A stretch of DNA of 64,000 nucleotides, from contig CBFIAK010000001.1 in assembly GCA_965660445.1 (NCBI GenBank), positions 32,001 through 96,000 of the forward strand, given 5' to 3'. Under the pieces are notes generated by a model. The model did no database searches. It was not told where the DNA came from and was given only the letters and a program-made list of their open reading frames with translations. The stretch is from Patescibacteria group bacterium. GTDB lineage: Bacteria > Patescibacteriota > Gracilibacteria > UBA4473. The position numbers and the translations under genes were made by a program. This document shows, piece by piece, positions 38,801 through 47,587 of the stretch (position 1 is the stretch's first letter; each line of letters begins with the position of its first letter).

Positions 38801-39466
38801 GAAGCGTTTAAAAACCGAACAGTGGTAGGGATTGCCTATATGGTAAAATTAAGTCACTTGGTGGAAGACAAAATGCATGCTCGGTCTGTTGGACCATACT
38901 CATTAGTAACCCAACAACCGTTTGGAGGGAAAGCACAAAACGGAGGTCAGCGGTTAGGAGAAATGGAAGTTTGGGCACTCGAAGCATACGGAGCAGCACA
39001 CACACTTCAAGAAATGTTAACTATCAAATCCGATGATGTACATGGGCGAGGAAAAGCGTATGAAGCAATTGTAAAAGGTGAACCAATCGAACTTATTTCT
39101 ATTCCTGAATCGTTCAACGTGCTTATTAAAGAGCTTCAAGCATTAGGACTCAAAGTAGAACTCTTAAAAGACGGACAAGAAGTAAACGATAAGATTATTC
39201 AGTCACTTGATCCAAAAGAAGACCAGAAACGACAAGAGTATGAAAACGAAAAACTCAAATCTGAAAAAAGTTTATTAGAAGAATCAGAAGATTTTCAAGA
39301 AGTAGCCGATGAAGACGATGTTATCGCTCATGAAGCAGGACTCGGAATTTCATTAAGTGATGAAGAAACGGGAGTCGATGACGATGACGATGACGATGAC
39401 GATCGCCCACAAGATGAGAATGAAGATGGATTTGACGATGACGACGATATTCGAGAAGACAACTAA
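35819..39466 (+). CDS. rpoB: RNA polymerase beta subunit
   Basis: FIINGIER, SQFMDQTN, TPEGPNIG, GDKMAGRHGNKG and GQRLGEMEVWALEAY; long acidic tail. Confidence 0.98.
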   Translation: MVAVQKFNFPAKLSPVKKEGERYFFTSDIGDGFEFPDLIQVQTNSYDWFLGEGLQELIDSINPIEDATGKKLKLEIKSYDIEPPKYDLDTCHKKGLSYESIIRAQVALTNLETGEIKEQEVYFGQIPQITDQGTFIINGIERIIVSQIVRSPGAFFAEMQNMPNAFTAKLIPKRGAWIEIETDKRGLIWVKVDRKRKIPVTMFLRTFGYDTDKKILDLFKNETKGLTENPILKTLEKDEATTEKEAWQGVYKRIRPGDLATPENAKVFLDDMFLNFRKYDLGPIARYKINKKFDLKTPNTPEGRTFQLEDFIEMVREIIRLNNGSGQGPDDIDHLANRRIRGVGELVQNKFRIGLLRTERIIRDRMSIVDLETVTPTQIVNCRPITAAMHEFFASAQLSQFMDQTNPLAELEHKRRISAMGPGGLSRERASFEVRDVHPSQYGRICPVTTPEGPNIGLVLHLASYAKVNEYGFLETPYRTVSHVIANDGTAVIGRRVKEEILDGKKVIISKDQICTKEQAEAIKKIKDKKEIKVQAYITDEVQYYDPDAERKMCIAQANTILNDRGEFTKSFISARKNYEPGTYDESMVTHIDISPKQIVSLSTSLISFLEHDDNTRALMGSNMQRQAVPLIMPDSPIVGTGMEKITSRDQCIRAEEDGEIKYADANEIVFVSKSGKKKTYSLKTFYRSNQSTCITQKTKVVSKQKVKKGDVLADGASVENGELAIGQNLIVAYMSWSGYNYEDAIIISERLVKEGSYNSIHIEKYELDVRDTKLGPEELTADIPNVAAAKLKDLDENGLVRIGSTVLAGDILAGKVTPKGESELTAEDRLLRAIFGEKANDVKDSSLRLPRGSGGKVIDVNILDRSQGDDLPNGVLKRIQILVAQLRHLEAGDKMAGRHGNKGVISRVVPIEDMPHMEDGTPVDIILNPLGVSSRMNIGQILETHLGMAAYKMGIKVATPVLNGISLDKIQEFLKANNLPEDGKFQLYDGRSGEAFKNRTVVGIAYMVKLSHLVEDKMHARSVGPYSLVTQQPFGGKAQNGGQRLGEMEVWALEAYGAAHTLQEMLTIKSDDVHGRGKAYEAIVKGEPIELISIPESFNVLIKELQALGLKVELLKDGQEVNDKIIQSLDPKEDQKRQEYENEKLKSEKSLLEESEDFQEVADEDDVIAHEAGLGISLSDEETGVDDDDDDDDDRPQDENEDGFDDDDDIREDN

Positions 39467-39478
39467 AGAAAAAAAATC

Positions 39479-39510
39479 AAAAGGCAGAAACTTATTATTT
39501 CTGCCTTTTT
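39479..39510 (+). terminator. Intrinsic terminator-like hairpin after rpoB
   Basis: AAAAGGCAGAAA-cttatta-TTTCTGCCTTTTT. Confidence 0.75.
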
Positions 39511-39512
39511 AA

Positions 39513-39587
39513 GCACGTATCGTATAATGGCTATTATACGGCCTTGCCAAGGCTGAGACACGGGTTCGACTCCCGTTACGTGCTCCA
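39513..39587 (+). tRNA. tRNA-Gly(GCC)
   Basis: GCACGTA acceptor stem, CTTGCCAAG anticodon loop, GGTTCGACTCC and TCCA end. Confidence 0.95.
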
Positions 39588-39664
39588 CAGTTGAATTTGA
39601 GATAAGCAAGGAGCGAAGTGACGCAGTCGAATCCAAAGATACGGTGTCCCAAATACATCGGGAC
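39588..39664 (+). repeat. tRNA-trailer repeat, copy 2
   Basis: Homologous to 27343-27418 on the minus strand. Confidence 0.7.
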
Positions 39665-39813
39665 TATTTCAAGTACGTCATCATCCTAGAAGCGACAAGC
39701 GAAGCGAGTCGGAAATGGAATGTTGTCGGAACAAAGAAAAATAAACATAAAAATTAAAAAACAAGTTTCCATGGAAAAAGAAAAAGATTAATATACGATT
39801 AAGAAAAAAACTC

Positions 39814-40533
39814 ATGGAAATAATAACACTTGTTGTATTCACTTTTATTGCATCGGCAATTGGTACAACGACAAGTTTTGGGACATCAACATTTATGGTT
39901 CCTGTTCTCGGTTTTTTTTACCCACTTCCCATCACATTACTATTTAGTGGTATTATCCATTGGCTTGGGAATCTTTGGAAAATGCATTTTTTCCGTTCGG
40001 GAGCCCAAACAAAACTTATTCTTTTATTTGGTATCCCCGGAATCATAACGAGTTATTTGGGAGCGCAACTCATTCCTGATATTTCAGAAGTATTACTATC
40101 GCGATCACTCGGAATATTTTTTATACTCTATGTTCTTTTTTTGTTCAAACACAAAAACTGGAAAATAATCGCCAATACACCAAGTGCTTTGATTGGAGGA
40201 GTTTTATCGGGGTTTAGCTCTGGTATATTTGGAGTAGGTGGTGCTATTCGAGCGGCGTTTCTCTCTGCATACGATTTAAAAAAAGTAAGCTTCATTTTTA
40301 CGGCAGGAGCGATTGGAGTCTTTATTGACACAGGAAGAATAACAAAATACATGCTTGACGGAGTAACACTCGAAAACAATTTACTCATTGCTCTGGCATT
40401 CGCTATTCCTGCTTCATTTCTTGGTGGATATGCTGGTCGAAAAATAAACGACAAAATTCCTCAAGAAAAATTTCGAAACGTTATTGCATTTGCATTATTA
40501 CTTATGGCTTTTAAATATATTTTTTGGCCATAA
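39814..40533 (+). CDS. TauE/SafE (TSUP) family transporter
   Basis: About 8 TMs; SFGTS...P and GIFGVGG motifs. Confidence 0.82.
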   Translation: MEIITLVVFTFIASAIGTTTSFGTSTFMVPVLGFFYPLPITLLFSGIIHWLGNLWKMHFFRSGAQTKLILLFGIPGIITSYLGAQLIPDISEVLLSRSLGIFFILYVLFLFKHKNWKIIANTPSALIGGVLSGFSSGIFGVGGAIRAAFLSAYDLKKVSFIFTAGAIGVFIDTGRITKYMLDGVTLENNLLIALAFAIPASFLGGYAGRKINDKIPQEKFRNVIAFALLLMAFKYIFWP

Positions 40534-40579
40534 GGATATATTCAAAACCAAAAATAAAAACTTAATATAATTTCCAATT

Positions 40580-41233
40580 ATGACACAAAAAAACATGTAC
40601 ACATTCTTCATCATTTTAGGCAGCCTCCTTACTATCTGGTTTTTATATAGCTGGCTATCGGTTCGTGCTATTGAAAAACCAAAGTATAGTGTAATATCAA
40701 GTACTCAAAATTATGAGATACGTGAATATGCTTCATATATTATTGCCGAAACAAAAGTAAGTGGTGTAAAAAATCGTGATAAGGCAGTTCGAAAAGGGTT
40801 TCCGATAGTAGCAGATTACATATTTGGAAACAACACCTTACAAGATAAAATTGCTATGACCGTACCAGTAAATACGCAAACAGATAATTCAGAAAAAATA
40901 GCCATGACTGTTCCTGTTAACACAGAAGAAGAAAAAAAAGACGGTATCTATAAAGTATCTTTCGTAATGCCGAGTAATTACACACTTGAAACATTACCAA
41001 TCCCCAATGACAACCGAGTAATACTTAAAGAAGTCCCCTCTCGAAAAGTAGCGGTAAGAAAATTTACATGGTCTGCACAAGATTTTATCGTAAAAAAACA
41101 AGAAGAAGCACTTCTTTCTGCTCTGAATAATGATGGAATTAAAACTGTGGGAGCAATAAATTTAGCACGATACAATCCCCCATGGACCATTCCTTTTATG
41201 CTTCACAACGAAGTACAGATAGAAATTGAATAA
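40580..41233 (+). CDS. SOUL family heme-binding protein
   Basis: YEIREY, DYIFG.N, KIAMTVPV, SFVMPS and YNPPWT..NEV motifs. Confidence 0.9.
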   Translation: MTQKNMYTFFIILGSLLTIWFLYSWLSVRAIEKPKYSVISSTQNYEIREYASYIIAETKVSGVKNRDKAVRKGFPIVADYIFGNNTLQDKIAMTVPVNTQTDNSEKIAMTVPVNTEEEKKDGIYKVSFVMPSNYTLETLPIPNDNRVILKEVPSRKVAVRKFTWSAQDFIVKKQEEALLSALNNDGIKTVGAINLARYNPPWTIPFMLHNEVQIEIE

Positions 41234-41287
41234 CAAAAATTGACAAAATATTTTACAGAAAAATATACAATTATTATCAATATTCAA

Positions 41288-41460
41288 ATTAGGGAAGCAC
41301 AGGAGCGCTAAGGCGCTCGAATTCAGAATCTTGAATCTGGAATCTTGGTAAAATTACAGGAATCACAAAAAAATCACAAGGCTGTGCAAAATCTTGTGAT
41401 TTTTTCCATAATTCATAATTCTTAATTCACAATTCCAATATGAGCGAATGAATTCCTATA
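41288..41460. repeat. Nested imperfect palindrome with inverted heptamer arrays
   Basis: (GAATYYN)x4 at 41319-41346, (CWYAATT)x4 at 41407-41434, central AAAAAATCACAAG/CTTGTGATTTTTT stem. Confidence 0.6.
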
Positions 41461-41506
41461 CAAAGGAAGGGGGTATATGGGGGAAACCTTTGGTTTCAAC
41501 CCATAA

Positions 41507-41890
41507 TCAAAGTTCCCCCCCCGAATCCACATTCCCTGCCCCAAGCAATGTATTAGCAATAGCAAACGAGAGAAGTATTACAAGGATCCCTAAAGCCGCA
41601 TAAAGGAGTATTTTTTTCGGTTTATCAGTGTCATCACCGGCCGCCACAATATACAATACGCCTCCGTAAATAAACATAACCACGGCTATAAGCCCAACAA
41701 ATGATAAAACATAGTTTATAATAGTGAGGACTCCTTCTCGAAAACTCCCATCATAACTGGTTGATTGTTGAATAGCTTGTGGGTTATCTGTTGAACGAAC
41801 CATTCCTCTGTTTTGTGCAAGAGCCACAGAAGGTGCTATAAACACTGATCCACAAAACAAAAAAGCCAAAGCCAAAACAAATTTTTTCAT
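41507..41890 (-). CDS. T4SS-type (VirB2/TrbC-like) pilin
   Basis: Signal peptide ending in ALA; IYGG..YI.AAGD...KKILLYAALG with two TMs. Confidence 0.75.
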   Translation of the reverse strand: MKKFVLALAFLFCGSVFIAPSVALAQNRGMVRSTDNPQAIQQSTSYDGSFREGVLTIINYVLSFVGLIAVVMFIYGGVLYIVAAGDDTDKPKKILLYAALGILVILLSFAIANTLLGAGNVDSGGEL

Positions 41891-41946
41891 AAGAGTCACT
41901 ATAATTTCGGTTGAATTTTAATTGTATTTCCGAAAAAATACAATTA

Positions 41947-43968
41947 ATGGATCTCTCTTTTCCGCTTGAGAATATTCTCAAGACAACAACAGCTCATATA
42001 AAGAAACTCAAAAAAATAGGCATTCATACTCTGGGTGACTTATTGCAATACATGCCGAGAACTATTGAGTCGACCGAACTGATTACTGATTTTAATGATA
42101 TTCAGTTTGGAGTAAAAAATTCACTGTCTGGAACGCTCTGTGATATACGAAAAGAACGCACTCCTCGTGGGAAAACACTTACCAAAGCTGCATTCGTACT
42201 GCCCAATGGGGCAACCCTTGATGTCATTTGGTTTCAAACCCCCTACATACTCCGAACTATACAAGACGAAACACACGTATTTCTCGTTGGAAAAGTCAAC
42301 CGACAATACGGAAAAATTCAAATACAGAACCCTGAAGTCCATATAAAAGACACGATTCATGTTGGGAAACTTCGAGCGGTATATCCCGAATCTCCTCCAC
42401 TGACTTCAAAATGGTTTCGTGAAAAAATAGCAGGCGTTCTTCTCTACACAAAAAAATTTCCCGATATTATTCCATCTCATATCCGAGAATCTGAAAACCT
42501 CCTCTCAAAACCAGAAGCCCTTACCTGTATTCACAATCCTGACTCTACCGAACAATGGAATCTTGCTCGACGCACACTCGCGTTTGAGGAACTTCTTATT
42601 CTTCAGTCTCGGGTACTGCAACGAAAGAAACAGTACCAAAATGACCAAAAAAGCAAATACCGTATTCCATTCAATCCAGAAGAAATAAAGAAAGATTTTC
42701 AGATTATTCCGTTTGAACTCACTAATGGACAAAAGAAATGTTTACTCGATATACTCAAAGATTTTGAACGATCTCAACGAGCCCATCGACTGCTCCAAGG
42801 CGATGTCGGAAGCGGAAAAACCATTATTGCGTTTTTAGCCATGCTTCAGATTATAAAACAAGGCGGACAAGCAGCGCTCGTTGCACCAACAGAAATTCTT
42901 GCAAAACAACATTTTAAAAATGCCTTACAATTTTTTCCAACACAGTATCGAACTGAACTTTTGACAGGATCGGTAACGGAAAAAGAAAAATCTCGTATAA
43001 AAACTCAATTACGAACAGGTCAAATTCAAGTTCTAATTGGTACCCATGCTTTGTTTACTCCTGACACTGAGTTCAAAGACCTTGGTATTGCTGTTATTGA
43101 TGAACAACACCGATTTGGTGTAAAACAACGTGCTGTATTGGGACAAACCAATGCGCATGTGCTTTCCATGACAGCAACGCCAATCCCTCGAACACTTGCA
43201 CTCACTATTTACGGAGACCAAGACATTTCTCAAATCACAGAACTCCCCCCCGGAAGAAAACCCGTTATTACTCGTATTGTTAGTGACCAAAAGACACAAA
43301 CACTGTGTTATCGATTTATAGAAGACCAGATGGTCAAAGAGAAACAAATATTTTGGGTTTGTCCTCTTATTGATGAATCTGATGCCATTGAAGCAAAAAA
43401 TGTAAAAGCACAGTATGAACATATTGCAAAAGATCTCTACCCTGCACGACGAGTAGAGTTATTACATGGCAAGATGAAACCAAAAGAAAAAGATGCTATC
43501 ATGACTCGGTTTAAGAACAAAGAGTTTGATATTTTGGTATCGACATCGGTTATTGAAGTAGGAGTCGATATTCCCAACGCAACTATTATGGTTATTGAAA
43601 ACTCAGAACGGTTCGGGCTATCTCAACTTCATCAGTTTCGAGGACGTATTGGAAGAAACGATCGGCAGTGTTATTGTTTTTTAATGGTTGGCAAACAAGA
43701 AGACAAACACAAAGAACGCCTTCGTGCTCTGGAGAAAACCACTGATGGACTGAAGCTCGCTGAAATAGATTTGAAACTGCGTGGTATGGGAGAAATATAC
43801 GGCACACGACAATCGGGACTGCCACAATTTAAATGCGCAGACATCAGTGATGTTGCTTTGCTTCAATTAACCCGAGACTACGCACTTTCTCTGATAGAAG
43901 ATGACTCTTCTCTACAATCGCATCCATACTTAAAAAAAGCAGTAGAAGAAGAAAGCATAGAACTCTAG
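41947..43968 (+). CDS. recG: ATP-dependent DNA helicase RecG
   Basis: QGDVGSGKT, DEQHRFG, MTATPIPR and QFRGRIGR motifs. Confidence 0.96.
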   Translation: MDLSFPLENILKTTTAHIKKLKKIGIHTLGDLLQYMPRTIESTELITDFNDIQFGVKNSLSGTLCDIRKERTPRGKTLTKAAFVLPNGATLDVIWFQTPYILRTIQDETHVFLVGKVNRQYGKIQIQNPEVHIKDTIHVGKLRAVYPESPPLTSKWFREKIAGVLLYTKKFPDIIPSHIRESENLLSKPEALTCIHNPDSTEQWNLARRTLAFEELLILQSRVLQRKKQYQNDQKSKYRIPFNPEEIKKDFQIIPFELTNGQKKCLLDILKDFERSQRAHRLLQGDVGSGKTIIAFLAMLQIIKQGGQAALVAPTEILAKQHFKNALQFFPTQYRTELLTGSVTEKEKSRIKTQLRTGQIQVLIGTHALFTPDTEFKDLGIAVIDEQHRFGVKQRAVLGQTNAHVLSMTATPIPRTLALTIYGDQDISQITELPPGRKPVITRIVSDQKTQTLCYRFIEDQMVKEKQIFWVCPLIDESDAIEAKNVKAQYEHIAKDLYPARRVELLHGKMKPKEKDAIMTRFKNKEFDILVSTSVIEVGVDIPNATIMVIENSERFGLSQLHQFRGRIGRNDRQCYCFLMVGKQEDKHKERLRALEKTTDGLKLAEIDLKLRGMGEIYGTRQSGLPQFKCADISDVALLQLTRDYALSLIEDDSSLQSHPYLKKAVEEESIEL

Positions 43969-44055
43969 AAAACACAGAAAGACGCAAAAAATATTTTGCG
44001 AAAAACGAGTAATACTGCTATCGTCGGAAAGCATTATTTTCAAACAGACATACTT

Positions 44056-46374
44056 ATGGCACAAAACCTTGTTATTGTTGAGTCTCCTGCAAAGGCAAAA
44101 ACAATCGAAAAATTTTTAGGAAAAGATTTCGTTGTAAAATCAAGCTTCGGACACATTCGAGACCTTCCATCAAAAGGAATGAATATTGATATTGAAAATG
44201 GGTTTGCTCCTCATTATGAGATTAATACCGATAAGAAAAAGGTCGTTAATGAGCTCAAGAAAATAGCAAAAGAAAGTACTGTCTGGCTCGCATCCGATGA
44301 AGACCGAGAAGGAGAAGCTATTGCATGGCATTTAGCGGAAGCACTTCATTTAGACCCCAAAAAAACAAAGAGAATAACGTTTCATGAAATCACAAAACCA
44401 GCTATTTTAAAAGCGATTGAGAACCCACGAGTTATAAACAAAGATCTCGTTGATGCTCAACAAGCACGTCGAGTACTTGATCGACTTGTGGGATATGAAA
44501 TTTCACCAATATTATGGAAGAAAATACGAACAGGACTTTCTGCCGGAAGAGTGCAATCAGTGGCTGTTCGGCTTATTGTTGAACGAGAAGAAGAGATTCG
44601 AAAATTTGATTCAAAATCAAGTTTTAAGGTAATGGCTGAGTTTGATTTAAAAGACGGAAAAGTTTTAAAAGCAGAACTCAAGAAAAAAATTCCAACAATC
44701 GAAAAAGCTCAAACATTTTTAGAGACTATTAAAGACGCTTCGTTTCAGATTTCTGATATTATCACAAAACCAGGAAAACGCACTCCGGCTGCTCCATTCA
44801 CAACATCAACACTCCAACAAGAAGCCAGTCGAAAACTTGGATTTTCGGTAAAACAAACCATGACTGTTGCTCAAAAACTCTATGAATCAGGGAAAATAAC
44901 CTATATGCGTACTGATTCTATGAATTTGTCAGAAACGGCTATTTCACAGATAGAATCTGAGGTAAAAACCGAGTTTGGAAAAGAATATTTTCAAAAACGC
45001 GTCTTTAAAACGAAGTCTTCTACAGCGCAAGAAGCACATGAAGCAATCCGTCCAACCGATACATCCAAACGAGACCAAGGATCTGATTCTAATGAAAAAC
45101 GGCTCTATGAACTTATCTGGAAAAGAACAGTAGCCTCACAAATGGCTGATGCTCTTCTTGAAAAAACAGTTGTACACATTGATATTTCTACACATGAATC
45201 ACAATTAGTCGCTGAAGGAGAAGTGATTCAGTTTCCAGGATTCCTAGAAGTCTATATTGAAAGTTCTGATGACGAAGATGATAATGCACTCGAAAAGAAC
45301 ATTCTTCCACCTCTTGCAAAAAATCAGATATTACCTTTGAAGACACTACAAGCAAAAGAAGGATTTGATCGATCTCCTCCTCGATACACAGAGGCAAGTT
45401 TAGTAAAGAAAATGGAAGAAATGGGAATTGGACGACCATCAACCTATGCTCCAACGATTTCAACTATTCAAGACCGAGGATACATTGAGAAAAAAAGCAC
45501 CGAAGGCACAAAACGTCATTATGCCTTTTTAGTACTCAAAAAAGGGGCTATCATCAATGAAGAAAAAACCGAAACCACAGGAGCTGAAAAAAACAAACTA
45601 TTCCCTACCGATACTGGAAAAGTCGTCAATGAGTTTCTAATGAGATGTTTTCCTACTATTTTAGATTATCATTTCACGGCAAAAGTTGAAGAAGAATTTG
45701 ATGCCATTGCTCATGGAAAAGAACGATGGAATCGAATGATTCAAGAATTCTACACTCCGTTTCATGCATCAGTAGAAGAAACAGGGGAAATATCTCGAAG
45801 TGAAATTTCGTATGCACGAGAAGTTGGTATTGATCCAAAAACAAAAAAACCTATTTTTGCTCGTATTGGACGATTCGGCCCCATGCTACAACTCGGAGAA
45901 ACTGAAAGCGAAGAAAAACCACGGTTTGCCTCTATCCCAAAAGATGTCTCTATTGACGATATTACACTTGAACAAGCTCTTCCTTTATTTGAACTTCCAC
46001 GTGTTATTGGAAAAACAAAAGACGGTACCGAAATTACCGCTCAGATCGGACGATTTGGTCCGTATATTAAACACGATAAGACTTTTGTATCAATCCAAGA
46101 AACAGAACTTTTTGATATAACCCTTGAAGAAGCTGAGAAAAGAATCAATGAGAAAAAAGAAGAAGCTCAAAACCGTATTATTCATGATTTCACAGAAAAA
46201 GGTATTCAAGTACTCAAAGGTCGATACGGTCCGTATATCACAGACGGAAAGAAAAACGCAAAAATACCAAAAGACAAAGCACCCGAATCCCTTACGCAAA
46301 AAGAATGCGAAGACCTGCTTTCAAAAGCTCCTGACCGAAAAAAACGAGGATTTGTACGAAAAACAAAGAAATAG
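44056..46374 (+). CDS. topA: DNA topoisomerase I with C-terminal Topo_C repeats
   Basis: IVESPAKAKT, DEDREGE, SAGRVQS, ITYMRTD and GRFGP repeats. Confidence 0.97.
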   Translation: MAQNLVIVESPAKAKTIEKFLGKDFVVKSSFGHIRDLPSKGMNIDIENGFAPHYEINTDKKKVVNELKKIAKESTVWLASDEDREGEAIAWHLAEALHLDPKKTKRITFHEITKPAILKAIENPRVINKDLVDAQQARRVLDRLVGYEISPILWKKIRTGLSAGRVQSVAVRLIVEREEEIRKFDSKSSFKVMAEFDLKDGKVLKAELKKKIPTIEKAQTFLETIKDASFQISDIITKPGKRTPAAPFTTSTLQQEASRKLGFSVKQTMTVAQKLYESGKITYMRTDSMNLSETAISQIESEVKTEFGKEYFQKRVFKTKSSTAQEAHEAIRPTDTSKRDQGSDSNEKRLYELIWKRTVASQMADALLEKTVVHIDISTHESQLVAEGEVIQFPGFLEVYIESSDDEDDNALEKNILPPLAKNQILPLKTLQAKEGFDRSPPRYTEASLVKKMEEMGIGRPSTYAPTISTIQDRGYIEKKSTEGTKRHYAFLVLKKGAIINEEKTETTGAEKNKLFPTDTGKVVNEFLMRCFPTILDYHFTAKVEEEFDAIAHGKERWNRMIQEFYTPFHASVEETGEISRSEISYAREVGIDPKTKKPIFARIGRFGPMLQLGETESEEKPRFASIPKDVSIDDITLEQALPLFELPRVIGKTKDGTEITAQIGRFGPYIKHDKTFVSIQETELFDITLEEAEKRINEKKEEAQNRIIHDFTEKGIQVLKGRYGPYITDGKKNAKIPKDKAPESLTQKECEDLLSKAPDRKKRGFVRKTKK

Positions 46375-46511
46375 ATTGACACAAAGCATGAAATATTTTA
46401 TAAATAAAATAGTTCTTTTCAAACGTGATTGATAGGATGAGAAAAATATTTTCTTCACCTATCACACACCTATAAATAGCAACACATTTCAAATTATATT
46501 GGAGGTCAGTA

Positions 46512-46658
46512 ATGGCAAAATTACTCGGATGGATCATTTTGATAATGCTTGGAATAGCACTTATATCAAGCTTCGCGCCTGCAGTTGTTATCGGTGGAAT
46601 TATACTCTTTGGTGCCGGATACTACTTAGTAAAAGGCGATTCTAGCACAAGCAGTTAA
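46512..46658 (+). CDS. 48-aa hydrophobic membrane protein, absent from the ORF track
   Basis: MAKLLGWIILIMLGIALISSFAPAVVIGGIILFGAGYYLVKGDSSTSS*; GGAGG RBS at 46501; terminator follows. Confidence 0.7.
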   Translation: MAKLLGWIILIMLGIALISSFAPAVVIGGIILFGAGYYLVKGDSSTSS

Positions 46659-46669
46659 TTCCCGAACAC

Positions 46670-46703
46670 AAAAACACTTATGGAACTCATAGGTGTTTTT
46701 TTT
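46670..46703. terminator. Bidirectional terminator-like hairpin
   Basis: AAAAACACTTATG-gaact-CATAGGTGTTTTT between convergent genes. Confidence 0.65.
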
Positions 46704-47574
46704 ATACGCTATACAGTTTTTTTGCGTTCTCAAATAATTGCAAACCGCATTCATATTCATCAATATTTTTAATGTGTGCAATCAATTGCACAACTTCTTT
46801 TAAAGTTGAGGCATCGTTTCGCTTTACTCCATTTTTTCGAGCTTGTTGTGGCACTAAAAATGGGCTATCAGTTTCAGTCACAAGGTATTCAAGAGGAACC
46901 GCACGAACAACATCTCTGAGTGTGTCTGATTTTGGATACGTGAGCACACCACCAATACCAATAAAAAAACCGTATTCTTGAGTCATCTTTAAAGCACACG
47001 CCGTATCACTTGAAAAACAATGCACAACTCCTGAAAGTCCTTGAACTTTATAAGTGCGAAGGGCTTCTTCAAATTCGCGATAGGCATCACGCACATGAAA
47101 CACAAGCGGTTTACGAAACAATCGTGCAAGTTGAATATGCATTTCAAATGATTCATATTGCCGTGCCAGTATTTCAGGCGAATTATTGTGGTACAAATCA
47201 AACCCAGTTTCTCCAAACCCAACGACGTTCTCGTTCTGTTTTTTCGTTACATCCGAAAAAAAGGAAAACAGTTCTTGAAAATTATGTGCTTGTAATTCAT
47301 ATGATTCAAACCCCGAAGGTCTGTAATTTTTTTTTGCAGAAAAACAATCCAATACATCACACGGATGTACCCCAAGTGTTGCATACATACCTTCATATTT
47401 TTGAGCGAGTGCCAAGGCTGCCATACTTGATACTTCTTCACATCCAATTTGAACTTGATGAGAAACCCCTGCGTCCTTACAAGTACTTAAAACCGATTCA
47501 AGATCGTTATCAAACGCAGAAAAATAAAGATGGGTATGCGTTTCAAAAATTGGATATAATGTATTGTCAGACAT
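46702..47574 (-). CDS. TatD family nuclease
   Basis: ETHTHL, GVHP, GETGFD, HVRDA, VHCFS and ETDSPFL motifs. Confidence 0.9.
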   Translation of the reverse strand: MSDNTLYPIFETHTHLYFSAFDNDLESVLSTCKDAGVSHQVQIGCEEVSSMAALALAQKYEGMYATLGVHPCDVLDCFSAKKNYRPSGFESYELQAHNFQELFSFFSDVTKKQNENVVGFGETGFDLYHNNSPEILARQYESFEMHIQLARLFRKPLVFHVRDAYREFEEALRTYKVQGLSGVVHCFSSDTACALKMTQEYGFFIGIGGVLTYPKSDTLRDVVRAVPLEYLVTETDSPFLVPQQARKNGVKRNDASTLKEVVQLIAHIKNIDEYECGLQLFENAKKLYSV

Positions 47575-47587
47575 AAATAAAAAAACA

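Noticed and set aside
39375-39450. GATGAC/GACGAT tandem repeats
   Set aside because: They encode the poly-Asp tail of RpoB and are not a separate element.
40845-40925. Duplicated KIAMTVPVNT segment in the SOUL protein
   Set aside because: Repeats of this motif are common in bacterial SOUL proteins.
47010-47576. 188-aa antisense ORF over the TatD gene, and similar nested ORFs throughout the track
   Set aside because: No recognisable motifs and fully overlapping well-supported genes.
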